Virus record (IMG/VR): IMGVR_UViG_3300012683_000009
Length of the DNA: 61,886 bases
Origin: a virus
Strand: one strand, 5' to 3'
This document shows positions 16,478 to 26,138 of the stretch, one piece after another (positions within the stretch are counted from its first letter, which is position 1; the number at the start of each line of letters is the position of its first letter). The notes beneath the pieces were generated by a model. It was not told the DNA's origin and did not search any database. It was given only the letters and a program-made list of their open reading frames with translations. Made by a program: the position numbers and the translations under genes.

Positions 16478-18084
16478 AGCTCGACACGAAGGCAATGATC
16501 TTCGAGAAGGCCAAGGCCGGATACCCGGCGCTGTACCTGGTCAGTTCTGAAGACCAGCGGTCGCTGAGAGAGATCAAGGAAGCTGCGGACGAGCTCAAGC
16601 GGACGCTCTACATCTGGACGCTCGGCAAGGGCCTGGTGAAGGAAGGGTCCAACACCAAGGGCAGAGGAGGAGCTCCAACGCCTATCGCCGACACGGAGAT
16701 CCCTCCTGGAGCTCTCGCCGAGATGGCGAAGGCACCGGAGAAGTCCATCTTCGTCCTCCGGCTGTTCCACCACTTTCTCGAAGCTCCGAACATCCAGTCG
16801 ATGCTCATCGACCTCATCCCGGACTTCAAGCTGAACGCCAAGATGCTCATCATCTTGACCCCGGTTCAGAAGCTGCCGCCGGAGCTGGAGAAGGAGTTCG
16901 CCCTCATCGAGACGGCGCTCCCCGACAAGCAGATGCTGGAGCGGGTGCTCACGGGCATCATCGTCGGCTCTAGACTGCCGGACGACAAGAAGCCGTCACC
17001 AGAGGTGAAGAAGCTTCTCATCGACGCTGCGGCCGGTCTCACCACACCTGAGGCTGACAACGCCTTCGCTCTGTCGCTCCTGCGCCCGTCCATTCAGAAG
17101 ACCGGAATGGTGTGGGATCCGCAGGTGGTGCTCGAAGAGAAGATGGCCGCTCTGAAGAAGACGGGTCTGCTGGAGTACATCCCGGCCGGCACCGTCAGCA
17201 TGCAGTCGGTCGGAGGCATGAAGGCGCTGAAGCGGTGGATCGCACTCCGCAAGCGGGCCTTCACCGAAGAGGCCAAGACGTTCGGCCTGCCGGCGCCCAA
17301 GGGCATCCTGATGGTCGGTCCTCCTGGCTCCGGTAAGTCACTGGGTGCGAAGGCAGTGAGCAACGAGCTCAACCTGCCACTCATCCGCTGCGACTTCGGC
17401 AAGCTCCTCGGCAGCCTCGTCGGCCAGTCGGAGGGCAACATGCGGAAGGCCATCGACGTCGCTGAAGCAGCCTCGCCGTGCGTCCTCTGGATCGATGAGA
17501 TCGAGAAGGCTCTCGCAGGCTCGTCGGGTGGTTCTCACGACTCAGGCGTAGGAGCTCGACTCCTGGGCTACCTGCTGACGTGGATGGCGGAGAAGACCTC
17601 CCCTGTCTTCGTCTACGCCACCGCCAACGACGTGACCAGTCTCCCGCCCGAGCTTCTCCGCAAGGGCCGCTTCGACGAGATGTGGTCGGTACTGCTCCCG
17701 AACGAGGAGGAGCGGAAGGAGATCTTCAACATCCACCTGAAGAAGCGTGGGCGTGGTGATCTCGTCGGTGACAAGTCGAAGAACAAGCAGGCCATCGACC
17801 TGGACCACTTCTCCAAGGACACTGCCGGGTTCTCCGGTGCTGAGATCGAGGCCGCCGTCATCGAGTCTCTGTTCCTCGCCTTCGATGAGAAGCGAGAACT
17901 GACCTTCATGGATCTCCAGAACGCCATCGACGACACGATGCCGCTCTCGACGACCATGAGTGGGAAGATCAAGGCCCTCGAAGAGTGGTGCCGGGACAAG
18001 ACCCGTTCCTCGAACGGCGACGACAGCTACAACATCGACGCCATCCTCAAGGCAGGAGGAAGCCGCAAGGTCGAGACCGTCTGA
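16474..18084 (+). CDS. AAA-family ATPase (classic clade) with about 300-aa N-terminal domain
   Basis: ORF 16237..18084 trimmed to ATG 16474 (AAGGAG RBS, ATGA overlap); Walker A GPPGSGKS, Walker B VLWIDEIE, SRH TANDVTSLPPELLRKGRFDE. Confidence 0.85.
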   Translation: MKLDTKAMIFEKAKAGYPALYLVSSEDQRSLREIKEAADELKRTLYIWTLGKGLVKEGSNTKGRGGAPTPIADTEIPPGALAEMAKAPEKSIFVLRLFHHFLEAPNIQSMLIDLIPDFKLNAKMLIILTPVQKLPPELEKEFALIETALPDKQMLERVLTGIIVGSRLPDDKKPSPEVKKLLIDAAAGLTTPEADNAFALSLLRPSIQKTGMVWDPQVVLEEKMAALKKTGLLEYIPAGTVSMQSVGGMKALKRWIALRKRAFTEEAKTFGLPAPKGILMVGPPGSGKSLGAKAVSNELNLPLIRCDFGKLLGSLVGQSEGNMRKAIDVAEAASPCVLWIDEIEKALAGSSGGSHDSGVGARLLGYLLTWMAEKTSPVFVYATANDVTSLPPELLRKGRFDEMWSVLLPNEEERKEIFNIHLKKRGRGDLVGDKSKNKQAIDLDHFSKDTAGFSGAEIEAAVIESLFLAFDEKRELTFMDLQNAIDDTMPLSTTMSGKIKALEEWCRDKTRSSNGDDSYNIDAILKAGGSRKVETV

Positions 18085-18134
18085 AGACGTCAGGCATTCG
18101 TAGTAGAGTTGTCCAACACGCAGAGAGGAAACAC

Positions 18135-18584
18135 ATGAGCCACTTCACTGAAATCAAGGTCAACTTCGACCAGAAGTACGAGCCTCAGCTCATCAACGCC
18201 CTCGAAGAGCACTTCGGGAAGGGCAACGTCGAAGTCCACGAAGATGGAGAAGACCTCAAGACGTACTACGGGGAGGTCAACCGGGCGAACTCCGGTCTCG
18301 GCAAGACCGAGAAGTGCCATCTCATCGTCCGCAAGGAGACGCAGGAGAAGGCAGCCGGTCGCGGCCTCGCTACCAACGACGCCGGCTACTACCGGACCCA
18401 GGACGGGAAGGGCTACAAGGTCTTCCTCGATCACGCCGGCTTCAACGACCGGCTCCAGGGCCTGGTGGCGCAGTCGTACGGCCTCCTCGTCGCCGAGAAG
18501 AAGCTCAAGGCGGAGGGCTACATGACCAAGCGAGTCCAGAAGGAGGATGGCGTGGTCCGCCTGGAGGCTCGCATCTACACGTGA
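18135..18584 (+). CDS. Hypothetical protein (149 aa)
   Basis: ORF 17985..18584 trimmed to ATG 18135 with GAGAGGAAA RBS. Confidence 0.5.
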   Translation: MSHFTEIKVNFDQKYEPQLINALEEHFGKGNVEVHEDGEDLKTYYGEVNRANSGLGKTEKCHLIVRKETQEKAAGRGLATNDAGYYRTQDGKGYKVFLDHAGFNDRLQGLVAQSYGLLVAEKKLKAEGYMTKRVQKEDGVVRLEARIYT

Positions 18585-18589
18585 AGAAG

Positions 18590-19612
18590 ATGCTTCGTGA
18601 GTGGGTCGAGAAGTTTCGACCCACTCATGCACGTGAAGAGCTTCGTGGATTGTGGAGGGAGCGAGAAGCTCTGACCAAGATCGGCGTCGACTACGCCTCG
18701 AAGAAGATGGACTCTTGGGGTGCTTTTGCCGTTCACGATGGAGCGAAGCTAGAGTTTCTCCGGATTGATGACTGCGATCATCTACCTGAGCTCCAGGAAA
18801 TGATGGATCGGAACGCTCGGCAGATCGCCGCTGCCATGGGAGTGCCTCCCGAGCTTCTTAGGGAGGTAGAGGAGGCTAACAGACGAAGCGAGGAAGACAT
18901 CGCTAGACTGCTGGCTCAATCGACCATAGGTGCCCCGATGCCCCAAGTTCAACGAGGCGTGAGTCAGTACGATGAGAACGGCAGGCGAGTCTCTGTTCCA
19001 GACGATGAGGTCATCGACAGAGTCGGAGCACTAGCTCGTCATATGGTCGCTCAGGGGTTGGCGTTCAACGCATCCCAGTTGCGACAGGAACAACTCGGTC
19101 AGTTCCCTGAGCGAGAAGAAGACCAATACGAGCCACAACCGTCGTCTACCGCTTTGGTGGAGATGAGGCTCATCGAACTAGAGGAGTGGGAAACCGTGGC
19201 ACGCACGACAACGACAAGGAGACGCAGACCGGCCGGCGGTAGAGCAAACGTCGGTGGGCCTGCGACGAAGAACGATCCGATCTTCGTCTGGGGCATGCAA
19301 TCGAGCAAGCCTCGGAACGGTGGACACTTCATCACCTACGAGGTCCGACTGAACACCGACGGCACGACGAGCTGCAACTGCCCTGGCTGGATCTTCAAGA
19401 AGAAGACCGACGACCGAGGCTGCAAGCACACCAGGCATCCTGAGGTGATGAACAACTTCAAGGACTACTTCCAGCGCCACCAGAGGGGCGAGCAGCTTCC
19501 GACGGTCGATCCTCCGGCAGGTGCCCAGTCGTCCACCACGGTTCAGCCTGCGACCCCAACCGCCAAGGACAACATGAAGGGGTTCGGTCGCCTCGTCATC
19601 TTGGACGACTGA
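18590..19612 (+). CDS. SWIM zinc-finger protein (about 340 aa; CNCPGW...CKH)
   Basis: ORF 18314..19612 trimmed; CxC-x(n)-CxH SWIM signature near C-terminus. Confidence 0.6.
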   Translation: MLREWVEKFRPTHAREELRGLWREREALTKIGVDYASKKMDSWGAFAVHDGAKLEFLRIDDCDHLPELQEMMDRNARQIAAAMGVPPELLREVEEANRRSEEDIARLLAQSTIGAPMPQVQRGVSQYDENGRRVSVPDDEVIDRVGALARHMVAQGLAFNASQLRQEQLGQFPEREEDQYEPQPSSTALVEMRLIELEEWETVARTTTTRRRRPAGGRANVGGPATKNDPIFVWGMQSSKPRNGGHFITYEVRLNTDGTTSCNCPGWIFKKKTDDRGCKHTRHPEVMNNFKDYFQRHQRGEQLPTVDPPAGAQSSTTVQPATPTAKDNMKGFGRLVILDD

Positions 19613-19785
19613 TGTTCTTCCTCTGCCGAGTCGTAGCGTGGGTGCTGTACACGGCCCACTTCTATGAGCACGGGGCGTGGGGGTCGGACTACATTGCCAT
19701 CGCTTTCTACGCCAACTTCAACGAGGAGAAGGCAAAGGTCCTGGCAGACAAGATGTTCCCCGAAGAAACGAGAAAGGAAAACTGA
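19613..19785 (+). CDS. Small hydrophobic protein (57 aa; MFFLCRVVAWVLY...), missed by the 60-aa ORF cutoff
   Basis: ATG overlaps upstream TGA (TGATG); high GC3; stop abuts the next ATG. Confidence 0.4.
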
Positions 19786-19986
19786 ATGGCAAGCGAGAAG
19801 ATGATCACGATCGACTTCGACAAGAAGGGCGGATCGAAGATCGAAGCACACGGGTTCGCTGACAACACGTGCCTCAAGGCGACGAAGAGTGTCGAAGAGG
19901 CTCTGGGTGTGGTCGGCAAGCAGGACCTGAAGCCCGAGGGCATGAAGGCCCCGGACCTCACGCAGTCTCTGAAGGTCGGCGGCTGA
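19786..19986 (+). CDS. Hypothetical protein (66 aa)
   Basis: ORF track; RBS. Confidence 0.5.
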   Translation: MASEKMITIDFDKKGGSKIEAHGFADNTCLKATKSVEEALGVVGKQDLKPEGMKAPDLTQSLKVGG

Positions 19987-20013
19987 GCAGGGTCTCACCG
20001 TCGAAACAACCGC

Positions 20014-20050
20014 AGGCCCGGCTGCCTTCTTGGGGCCGGGCCTTTCTCTT
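20014..20050 (+). terminator. Rho-independent terminator (9-bp stem AGGCCCGGC/GCCGGGCCT plus TTCTCTT)
   Basis: Seen in sequence. Confidence 0.55.
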
Positions 20051-20058
20051 GGGCACTC

Positions 20059-22395
20059 ATGATCCCGAACCACAAAGAACGAAACGTTCAGACCTCTGGT
20101 CTGGATGAGCAGGCTGTCTTCGGCATCTCTGCCGACAACCAAGCTCACATCATGACGATCCTCCGTGACACGCTCTACACGGACAAGATCCTCGCAGTTC
20201 TTCGAGAGTACAGCGCCAACGCCTGGGACTCTCATCGGATGAACGGGAAGGACGAGCTGCCCATCAAGGTCACGCTCCCCAGTCCGGCAGAGCCGACTCT
20301 CGCCATCCGTGACTTCGGTCCTGGCCTCACGCAGGAGGAAGTCTTCACCGTCTTCACTCAGTACGGAGCCAGCACCAAGAGGACCACCGACAAGGCCGTC
20401 GGAACCCTCGGCATTGGGTGCAAGAGCGGCTTCGCCTACTCCGACAGCTTCAGCATCGACTCGTACAACAACGGGACGAAGAGCACGTACGTGGCGGTGC
20501 TCGACAAGTCAGAGAAGGGCATGATCTCGCTGCTGAACCGTGAACCGTGCGGAGAAGAGTCGGGCCTCTGCATTCAGATTCCGGTCAGGCCCGAGGACAT
20601 CCCGCTGTTCATCGACAAGGCGAAGGGCCTCTTCAGGTACTTCCTCCCGAAGCCGGACATCAACACCGAGGTCGCCGACATGGCGGAGATCTCGATGGAG
20701 ATGAAGACTGGGGTGCTCACCAAGTCTGGCGGCTGGGTGGCGGTGATGGGGTGCATCCCCTACCGCATCAACATCGATCAGCTTCAGGCCATCCGCAGCA
20801 AAGAAGAGGACACCGTCAGCATCAAGAGGTTCCTCTCCGGGCTGAGCGGGCTGCTGTTCTTCAAGATCGGCGAGATCCACATCGTCGCCAACCGAGAAGA
20901 GCTCCGCTACACGAACGAGACCAAGACCGCCCTCGTGAATCGGTTCAACGATCTCATCGAGGAGTACGTCACCTCGGCTCTGAAAGACATCCAGGAGTCC
21001 GGGCTCACCTACTTCGAACGGCGAATGCGCCTCATGAAGTTCGAGGCTCTGAAGTTCGCCATTCCGGAGGTGTTGACGGAGTTCCTGAACCCGAACCTCG
21101 ACGTGAAGCACGTGAAGGACTTCTCCTTCTGCCTGACGGACTACAACCGGCACAAGCAGATCATCGGCAACTCTACAGACACCCTCCACATCCACGACGA
21201 GACCACCCTCGTCCTCAAAGATGACCCCAGGGCGTTCAGTGGCTTCAAGCTCGAAGGCCGCCCATACATCGTCAAGATCAGCCCGAAGCCAGGGAAGAAT
21301 GCAGAGCCCTGGTCGAAGATGATGCCCAAGTTCGAGAAGTTCCTCGAAGAGTACAAGATCACGGGCGTCAAGATCATCAAGCTCAGTGAGTGCGCTTGGG
21401 AAGCTCCGAAACGTGACTACGAACGTGGAGAGGTGAACGAGAAGCACAAGGTCACCACCTTCAAGTTCAACCCTGACTCGCACGGCAGTGGGTCCGATCT
21501 TTGGACCATCACGAAGCACAAGCCGGATGCCGCCGACGTGTTCGTGGTGCTGGAGAAGTTCAAGACCACCAAGAAAAGCACCTACAATCCCACGAGGAGG
21601 GAGAAGTACAGGTTCAGGGACAAGTATCACGAGACGAAGGCTTGGCTGGAGTTCTTCGGCGAGAAGATGCCTGCCGTCTACGGGTACAAGTCGACCGAGA
21701 AGAAACCGGCGTTGGAGAAGGACTTACTCGGTACCGAGTTCATCGAATGGGCTGCTGCGAGGAAGAAAGAGCTCACCGCCAAGGCGGAGATGAATCCCGT
21801 CATCTTGGAGATGGCGGAGATGGTGGCCTGGGACGATCTGGCCGAGGAAATCTACCCGAGCACGAATGAGAACCGCATCGCTTCTGCTCCGAAGCTGAAG
21901 GGGCTCACAGAGGCACTGGGGAAGAACCACCCTCTGGTTGCCGTCCTCGAACCGTACGTCGAGGCAGAGCTGAAGAAGAAGGAGTCCTGGTCCGGCTTCA
22001 ACTCCATGGAGAGCTTCATCGTCTCCAGCCAGGCACTCTGCAAGATGAAAGACAAGGCCCTAAAGGCCTTCCGGAAGAAGCTGACGAAGACCGTCGCCAA
22101 GTACCCATTGCTGAGGTCGGTACAGGGCGGCATTTCGAACCTACTGCGTGACTCGTACCCGCACTGGGTTCCCTACGTGAAGATGATCGACAAGGAGCTG
22201 AAAGATGGAAGCCGAACCGAAGTACACGATGACCAACGAGTCGCTGACCCTGGTGTGGCAGGGCAAGACGCACACAGTCCGGAGCTCACAGCCGAACTTC
22301 GAGAGCCTCCGGCGGGCGATCTCCCAGAAGGACTGGGACAGTATCCCCAAGTTCCTGACGGTCAACAGAACGCTGGGGGAGTGGGCGCAGGGTGA
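20059..22395 (+). CDS. rIIA: rIIA-like GHKL (Bergerat-fold) ATPase; ORF stays open to 22395 but coding signal (GC3) switches to the rIIB frame at about 22205
   Basis: ORF track; N box EYSANAWD, G1 IRDFGPGLT, G2 GTLGIGCKSGF; immediately followed by an rIIB-like gene as in T4. Confidence 0.7.
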   Translation: MIPNHKERNVQTSGLDEQAVFGISADNQAHIMTILRDTLYTDKILAVLREYSANAWDSHRMNGKDELPIKVTLPSPAEPTLAIRDFGPGLTQEEVFTVFTQYGASTKRTTDKAVGTLGIGCKSGFAYSDSFSIDSYNNGTKSTYVAVLDKSEKGMISLLNREPCGEESGLCIQIPVRPEDIPLFIDKAKGLFRYFLPKPDINTEVADMAEISMEMKTGVLTKSGGWVAVMGCIPYRINIDQLQAIRSKEEDTVSIKRFLSGLSGLLFFKIGEIHIVANREELRYTNETKTALVNRFNDLIEEYVTSALKDIQESGLTYFERRMRLMKFEALKFAIPEVLTEFLNPNLDVKHVKDFSFCLTDYNRHKQIIGNSTDTLHIHDETTLVLKDDPRAFSGFKLEGRPYIVKISPKPGKNAEPWSKMMPKFEKFLEEYKITGVKIIKLSECAWEAPKRDYERGEVNEKHKVTTFKFNPDSHGSGSDLWTITKHKPDAADVFVVLEKFKTTKKSTYNPTRREKYRFRDKYHETKAWLEFFGEKMPAVYGYKSTEKKPALEKDLLGTEFIEWAAARKKELTAKAEMNPVILEMAEMVAWDDLAEEIYPSTNENRIASAPKLKGLTEALGKNHPLVAVLEPYVEAELKKKESWSGFNSMESFIVSSQALCKMKDKALKAFRKKLTKTVAKYPLLRSVQGGISNLLRDSYPHWVPYVKMIDKELKDGSRTEVHDDQRVADPGVAGQDAHSPELTAELREPPAGDLPEGLGQYPQVPDGQQNAGGVGAG

Positions 22396-23191
22396 GTTCA
22401 CGTACAAGAACGAGAAGTTCTTCTTCAAGGACGAAGAGCTTCCGTCGAATCTGAACCAGAAGATCGTTCAGATGGCGACCGAGGGGCAGGATCCCACGGT
22501 GATGTTCCGGTTCTACGAGAGGCTGAGCCGAAATCCCTCGTTCCGCTCAGTGCAGCAGCTCTTCAAGTTCCTCGACCACGGGAACATTCCGTTCACCAAG
22601 GATGGGTGCTTCCTGGCGTACAAGAGCGTTCGGAGCGACTACAAGGACGTTCACTCCGGAACCTGGGACAACAAGCCTGGTGCGGTCAACGAGATGCCTC
22701 GGAATCAGATCTCCGATGATCCGAACCACGCCTGCCACGAAGGCTTCCACGTCGGAGCTCTGAAGTACGCAAGGGGCTTCAGCGGGTCGAAGATGGTCGT
22801 CTGCAAAGTCGACCCGGAGCACGTGGTCTGCGTCCCGTACGACTCGTCGCAGGAGAAGATGCGAGTCTGCAAGTACAAGGTCCTCGGTGAGTGGAGCGGG
22901 CAGCCTCTCGACGAGCTTCTCCACGACGATGAGGCCCTGGCCGAGCCGCAGCCGAAGGAGCACTCGACTCCGCCTCTGTCGAAGAAGCCGAAGCAGGAGG
23001 TCAAGGTCCAGAAGAAGTCAGTGACCAAGGACTTCAAGAAGTACGACAAGATGACCACGGCGGAGCTGATGACCTGCTCCCTCGATGAGCTCCGGCAGTA
23101 CGCCGGCAAGGGTCTGGAGATCGTAGGCGCCTCGAAGATTCCAGGAGGCAAGGTCCGACTCGTCACGGCCATCGAGAAGGTCCGGAAGTGA
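22205..23191 (+). CDS. rIIB: rIIB-like protein (328 aa)
   Basis: ORF track; from-memory similarity to the T4 rIIB C-terminal half (ours VQQLFKFLDHGNIPFTKDGCFLAYKSVRS...MRVCKYKVLGE; remembered T4 counterpart segments in the rIIA/rIIB finding). Confidence 0.6.
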   Translation: MEAEPKYTMTNESLTLVWQGKTHTVRSSQPNFESLRRAISQKDWDSIPKFLTVNRTLGEWAQGEFTYKNEKFFFKDEELPSNLNQKIVQMATEGQDPTVMFRFYERLSRNPSFRSVQQLFKFLDHGNIPFTKDGCFLAYKSVRSDYKDVHSGTWDNKPGAVNEMPRNQISDDPNHACHEGFHVGALKYARGFSGSKMVVCKVDPEHVVCVPYDSSQEKMRVCKYKVLGEWSGQPLDELLHDDEALAEPQPKEHSTPPLSKKPKQEVKVQKKSVTKDFKKYDKMTTAELMTCSLDELRQYAGKGLEIVGASKIPGGKVRLVTAIEKVRK

Positions 23192-23541
23192 CGTACGACC
23201 GGGTGGTGCTCGCCCACTACCCATTCCCAGCAGAGATCCGCTCAGTGACTGTCCTCGGTGATCACACTGTGCCGCAGGGAGCACTGAAGCGGAATCTCTG
23301 GGTCTTCATCCTGATGGAGTACGGCGGCAAGCTGAGGGTCTACCTCGAAGAGAAGCACACCGAGGCCAGACTCTCGGCCCGCCATGGGTGGGCGAAAGAC
23401 GGCAGTTCCACGTACAGCCGAATCAACAAGAGGGACACGGCCGTGCAGAAAGAGCCCGAGGTCCCTGACATGTTCACGAACCTCGTGGTCGACCACTTCC
23501 GGAAGCAGATCTGGTTCGAGAAGTGGGTAGGGAGAGCCTGA
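23188..23541 (+). CDS. Hypothetical protein (117 aa), GTG start
   Basis: ORF track; GTGA overlap. Confidence 0.5.
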   Translation: MTYDRVVLAHYPFPAEIRSVTVLGDHTVPQGALKRNLWVFILMEYGGKLRVYLEEKHTEARLSARHGWAKDGSSTYSRINKRDTAVQKEPEVPDMFTNLVVDHFRKQIWFEKWVGRA

Positions 23542-24596
23542 TGCCTGATGAGAGAAACGAACTGACAGCAGCCCTGTTCCGGCGGGGAGCTCTGATGGAT
23601 CTGCACATCGGGCGCTGGACAGCGATGAAGAAGATGCAGCCCAACGACTTGCTGATGGGGGAAGTTGACCTCAACACCATCTACCTCGGGCACAAGAAGC
23701 TCCTCCCGAAGAAGGCAACGGAGAAGCTCGTCGAGATCGAAGGCAAGGCTCGTACAGCCCTGGCCAGCAAATCGCTGGAGTTCCCCCTCGCCGGGGCTCG
23801 TTTCGTGACCTACGGAACCATCCCCGACGTTGTTGATCGACTCCGGCAGCTCAAGGTCGATTGGAATCGAGAGATCGATTCCCTCGTCGTGGACTACCCG
23901 ACACTCCGAGAGACACAGTTGGCTCTCCTGGAGACCCAGGCTCAGAGGTTCATCCAGGAGGAGCTCCGGAAGTTCGGAGCGGTCAGCACGGCCGACGCCT
24001 GGCAGAACCGCAAGGGCGAGCTCGACGAGTGGCTCAAGAAGCAGAGAGCTTCGAACCTCAGCTTCTACCCACGTGACGTGGAGGAGCTGCGGAAGAAGTT
24101 CAGCTTCGGCTGGCGCATGTTCCAGGTCTCTTCTCTAGACGGCGTCGATGACCTCGACGTGGAAGAGGTCAGAGCGGCCCAGGATCAGCTCAGGGCCGAT
24201 CTTCAGGGCTGGGTGAGGTCTGCGGCTGCCTCAATGCACCAGGCCCTTGGGGAGGCTGCTGCGAACGCCAGAAGCATGTTGGAGAAGAACGGCAAGCTGA
24301 CACCGAGGAACCTCCAGCCGCTGTTCAACGCCTTCGAGAACTTCCTCAAGGTGGACTTCACTGGTCAGTCGACGTTCCGAGCGACCATCGACACCATCAA
24401 GCAGCGGTTCCTCATCCAGAACGCTGACGGCTCATACGACCTGCCGAAGATGGCAGAGAGCATGGGAACTGAAGCTCGCCAGGCGGAGTTCGGCAACCTG
24501 CTCGTCAGCATGGCCGACCTGGCAGTCGATGAGACGGCTGCCAAGGCCGGCATCAACAGCCTCCGAGCAGACTTCGGACGGCTGGTGGAGCTCTGA
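23541..24596 (+). CDS. Hypothetical protein (351 aa)
   Basis: ORF 23523..24596 trimmed to ATG overlapping upstream stop (TGATG). Confidence 0.55.
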   Translation: MPDERNELTAALFRRGALMDLHIGRWTAMKKMQPNDLLMGEVDLNTIYLGHKKLLPKKATEKLVEIEGKARTALASKSLEFPLAGARFVTYGTIPDVVDRLRQLKVDWNREIDSLVVDYPTLRETQLALLETQAQRFIQEELRKFGAVSTADAWQNRKGELDEWLKKQRASNLSFYPRDVEELRKKFSFGWRMFQVSSLDGVDDLDVEEVRAAQDQLRADLQGWVRSAAASMHQALGEAAANARSMLEKNGKLTPRNLQPLFNAFENFLKVDFTGQSTFRATIDTIKQRFLIQNADGSYDLPKMAESMGTEARQAEFGNLLVSMADLAVDETAAKAGINSLRADFGRLVEL

Positions 24597-24602
24597 AACA
24601 CT

Positions 24603-24633
24603 GAGAGGCGAAGCTGCCTCTCTTTTAGCTCTT
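24603..24633. terminator. Bidirectional terminator between convergent blocks: GAGAGGC-loop-GCCTCTC then TTTT-AGCTCTT
   Basis: Seen in sequence; carries the recurrent TTTAGCTC tail motif. Confidence 0.6.
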
Positions 24634-24837
24634 CTTCTCCGTGACGCCGTCGACGTAGTCGGCGACCTTGTCCTTCGCCTTGCCGAGGAGAATGACAGCC
24701 TCAGTCAGGCGAACGTCTGCCGGCATCTTCTCGACTTCCTGCATGGCCTTGAGGATGGCCGTCTCCGCAGGGACGTACAGGTCTTGGTAGACCCGTCGAG
24801 GGTGCTCCCGACCTTTGTTGTCGCCCTTGGGCATCAT
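24625..24837 (-). CDS. Hypothetical protein (70 aa; start MMPKGDN)
   Basis: ORF 24625..24912 trimmed to ATG forming ATGA overlap with upstream stop. Confidence 0.5.
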   Translation of the reverse strand: MMPKGDNKGREHPRRVYQDLYVPAETAILKAMQEVEKMPADVRLTEAVILLGKAKDKVADYVDGVTEKKS

Positions 24838-25268
24838 ACGGGCTTCTCTCCGACGCCGAAGTACGGCTTGGCGTGGCCAGCCTTGATCATGAGCTGGTTC
24901 AGGTTGGTCCACTCGCCCAGTGGGTCGTAGAAGGCCGACTTGGGATCTGCGACGTTGTGGAACTTCACCGGCAGCCAGAGCTCTCCCAGAATGCGACCTC
25001 CGTACTTGTCGTTCTGGTCCTTGTAGCTCTTCAGCCGAAGCTGCTTCGAGCTCACGGAAGCCTTCAGGAGGCTCTCCAGGAAGAGCTGGGCCACCTTCGC
25101 CGCCGGCGCCGTTGCTCCCTGCAACTCGGGAGTGTTGATGCCGTACATGCGGATGTTCTGCCCGACGGAGATCTGGAAACCGAGGTCGATGTCCACGGAC
25201 ACCGTGTCACCGTCGTGGTTCTTCACGTACGTCGCTCGATACCAGTAGAGATCGTCGTCTGAGATCAT
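24834..25268 (-). CDS. Thermonuclease (staphylococcal-nuclease-like, SNase) (144 aa)
   Basis: ORF 24834..25367 trimmed; SNase motifs DGDTVSV...RMYGINTPE. Confidence 0.75.
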   Translation of the reverse strand: MISDDDLYWYRATYVKNHDGDTVSVDIDLGFQISVGQNIRMYGINTPELQGATAPAAKVAQLFLESLLKASVSSKQLRLKSYKDQNDKYGGRILGELWLPVKFHNVADPKSAFYDPLGEWTNLNQLMIKAGHAKPYFGVGEKPV

Positions 25269-25423
25269 GCGAGCTTCACCCTCCTCCCAGTGAACTGGCA
25301 CTTCGTGCAGACAGAGACCTTGGGGTCCTTCGCCGAAGGAATCATGTTGCTGTTGCACTTCGGACACTTCATCTCCCCTGCCTTCGGGGCGGGCCGGTAG
25401 GCCCTTCTGTCGACGTCGTTCAT
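25265..25423 (-). CDS. Zinc-ribbon protein (52 aa; CPKC...CTKC)
   Basis: ORF 25265..25489 trimmed to ATG with GGAGGATGAC RBS. Confidence 0.5.
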   Translation of the reverse strand: MNDVDRRAYRPAPKAGEMKCPKCNSNMIPSAKDPKVSVCTKCQFTGRRVKLA

Positions 25424-25424
25424 G

Positions 25425-26138
25425 TCATCCTCCGAAGACGGTTGCGCCTTCCGGAGCGGGAGCCTCTTCCGGCGGCGGGCCCTGGTCAAGGCCTGACAGC
25501 TCCTTGCCTTCGGCCTTGACGAGCTCTTCCTTCATCTTCTGCTCCTTCGCCTCCCGCATCTTCTTGGCCCGCTCTTCTGCGGCGGCCTTCTGGGCCTCGA
25601 TCCTGTGCTGGCGTTCGGCCCTAATCTCCTCTTCGGCTTCCTTGACGAGGAGCTTCTGATCCTCTGAGCTGAGGCCGAGCTTCACGAGCATCTTGGCGAA
25701 GGCCCGGAAGTTGACCTCCATCGAGTCTGCGAGAACACCGTCGTTGTACTGGAGGGCGTTGATGTCCTGAGCCAGTCGGCGGCTCATGGCTGTGTCGAGT
25801 CGCTTGTACTCCTCGAACTTCTGGTCGAGAGGCTTGTTCTTGTAGTCCTCCTCCGCCAGCATGAGAGGGATCTTCTTCGGGTCGATGCCCTTGTTGACGA
25901 GCCGCTGGTAGCGCTCTCGCATGATCTTCTGGCGCTTGAGCTCGATGGCGTTCGGCTTCTTGTCGGCGAGGATGTACGTGTTGCCGTTCTCGTCGACTGC
26001 CTGCTTCTTCCCGTCTGCTCCGACGGTGACCGGGAGGAACTTGCCGTCGATCTCCACCATCTGGGTGGGTTCGACCTCTTCCGGCTCTGCTGCGACGACC
26101 TTCTTGTCTTCCTCTACGACAGTGGAGTCAGGGCTCAC
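25425..26138 (-). CDS. Hypothetical charged coiled-coil protein (237 aa)
   Basis: ORF track. Confidence 0.55.
   Translation of the reverse strand: MSPDSTVVEEDKKVVAAEPEEVEPTQMVEIDGKFLPVTVGADGKKQAVDENGNTYILADKKPNAIELKRQKIMRERYQRLVNKGIDPKKIPLMLAEEDYKNKPLDQKFEEYKRLDTAMSRRLAQDINALQYNDGVLADSMEVNFRAFAKMLVKLGLSSEDQKLLVKEAEEEIRAERQHRIEAQKAAAEERAKKMREAKEQKMKEELVKAEGKELSGLDQGPPPEEAPAPEGATVFGG

Noticed and set aside
20509-21630. 373-aa minus ORF and 225-aa + ORF 20547..21224
   Set aside because: Antisense or off-frame within the rIIA-like gene.
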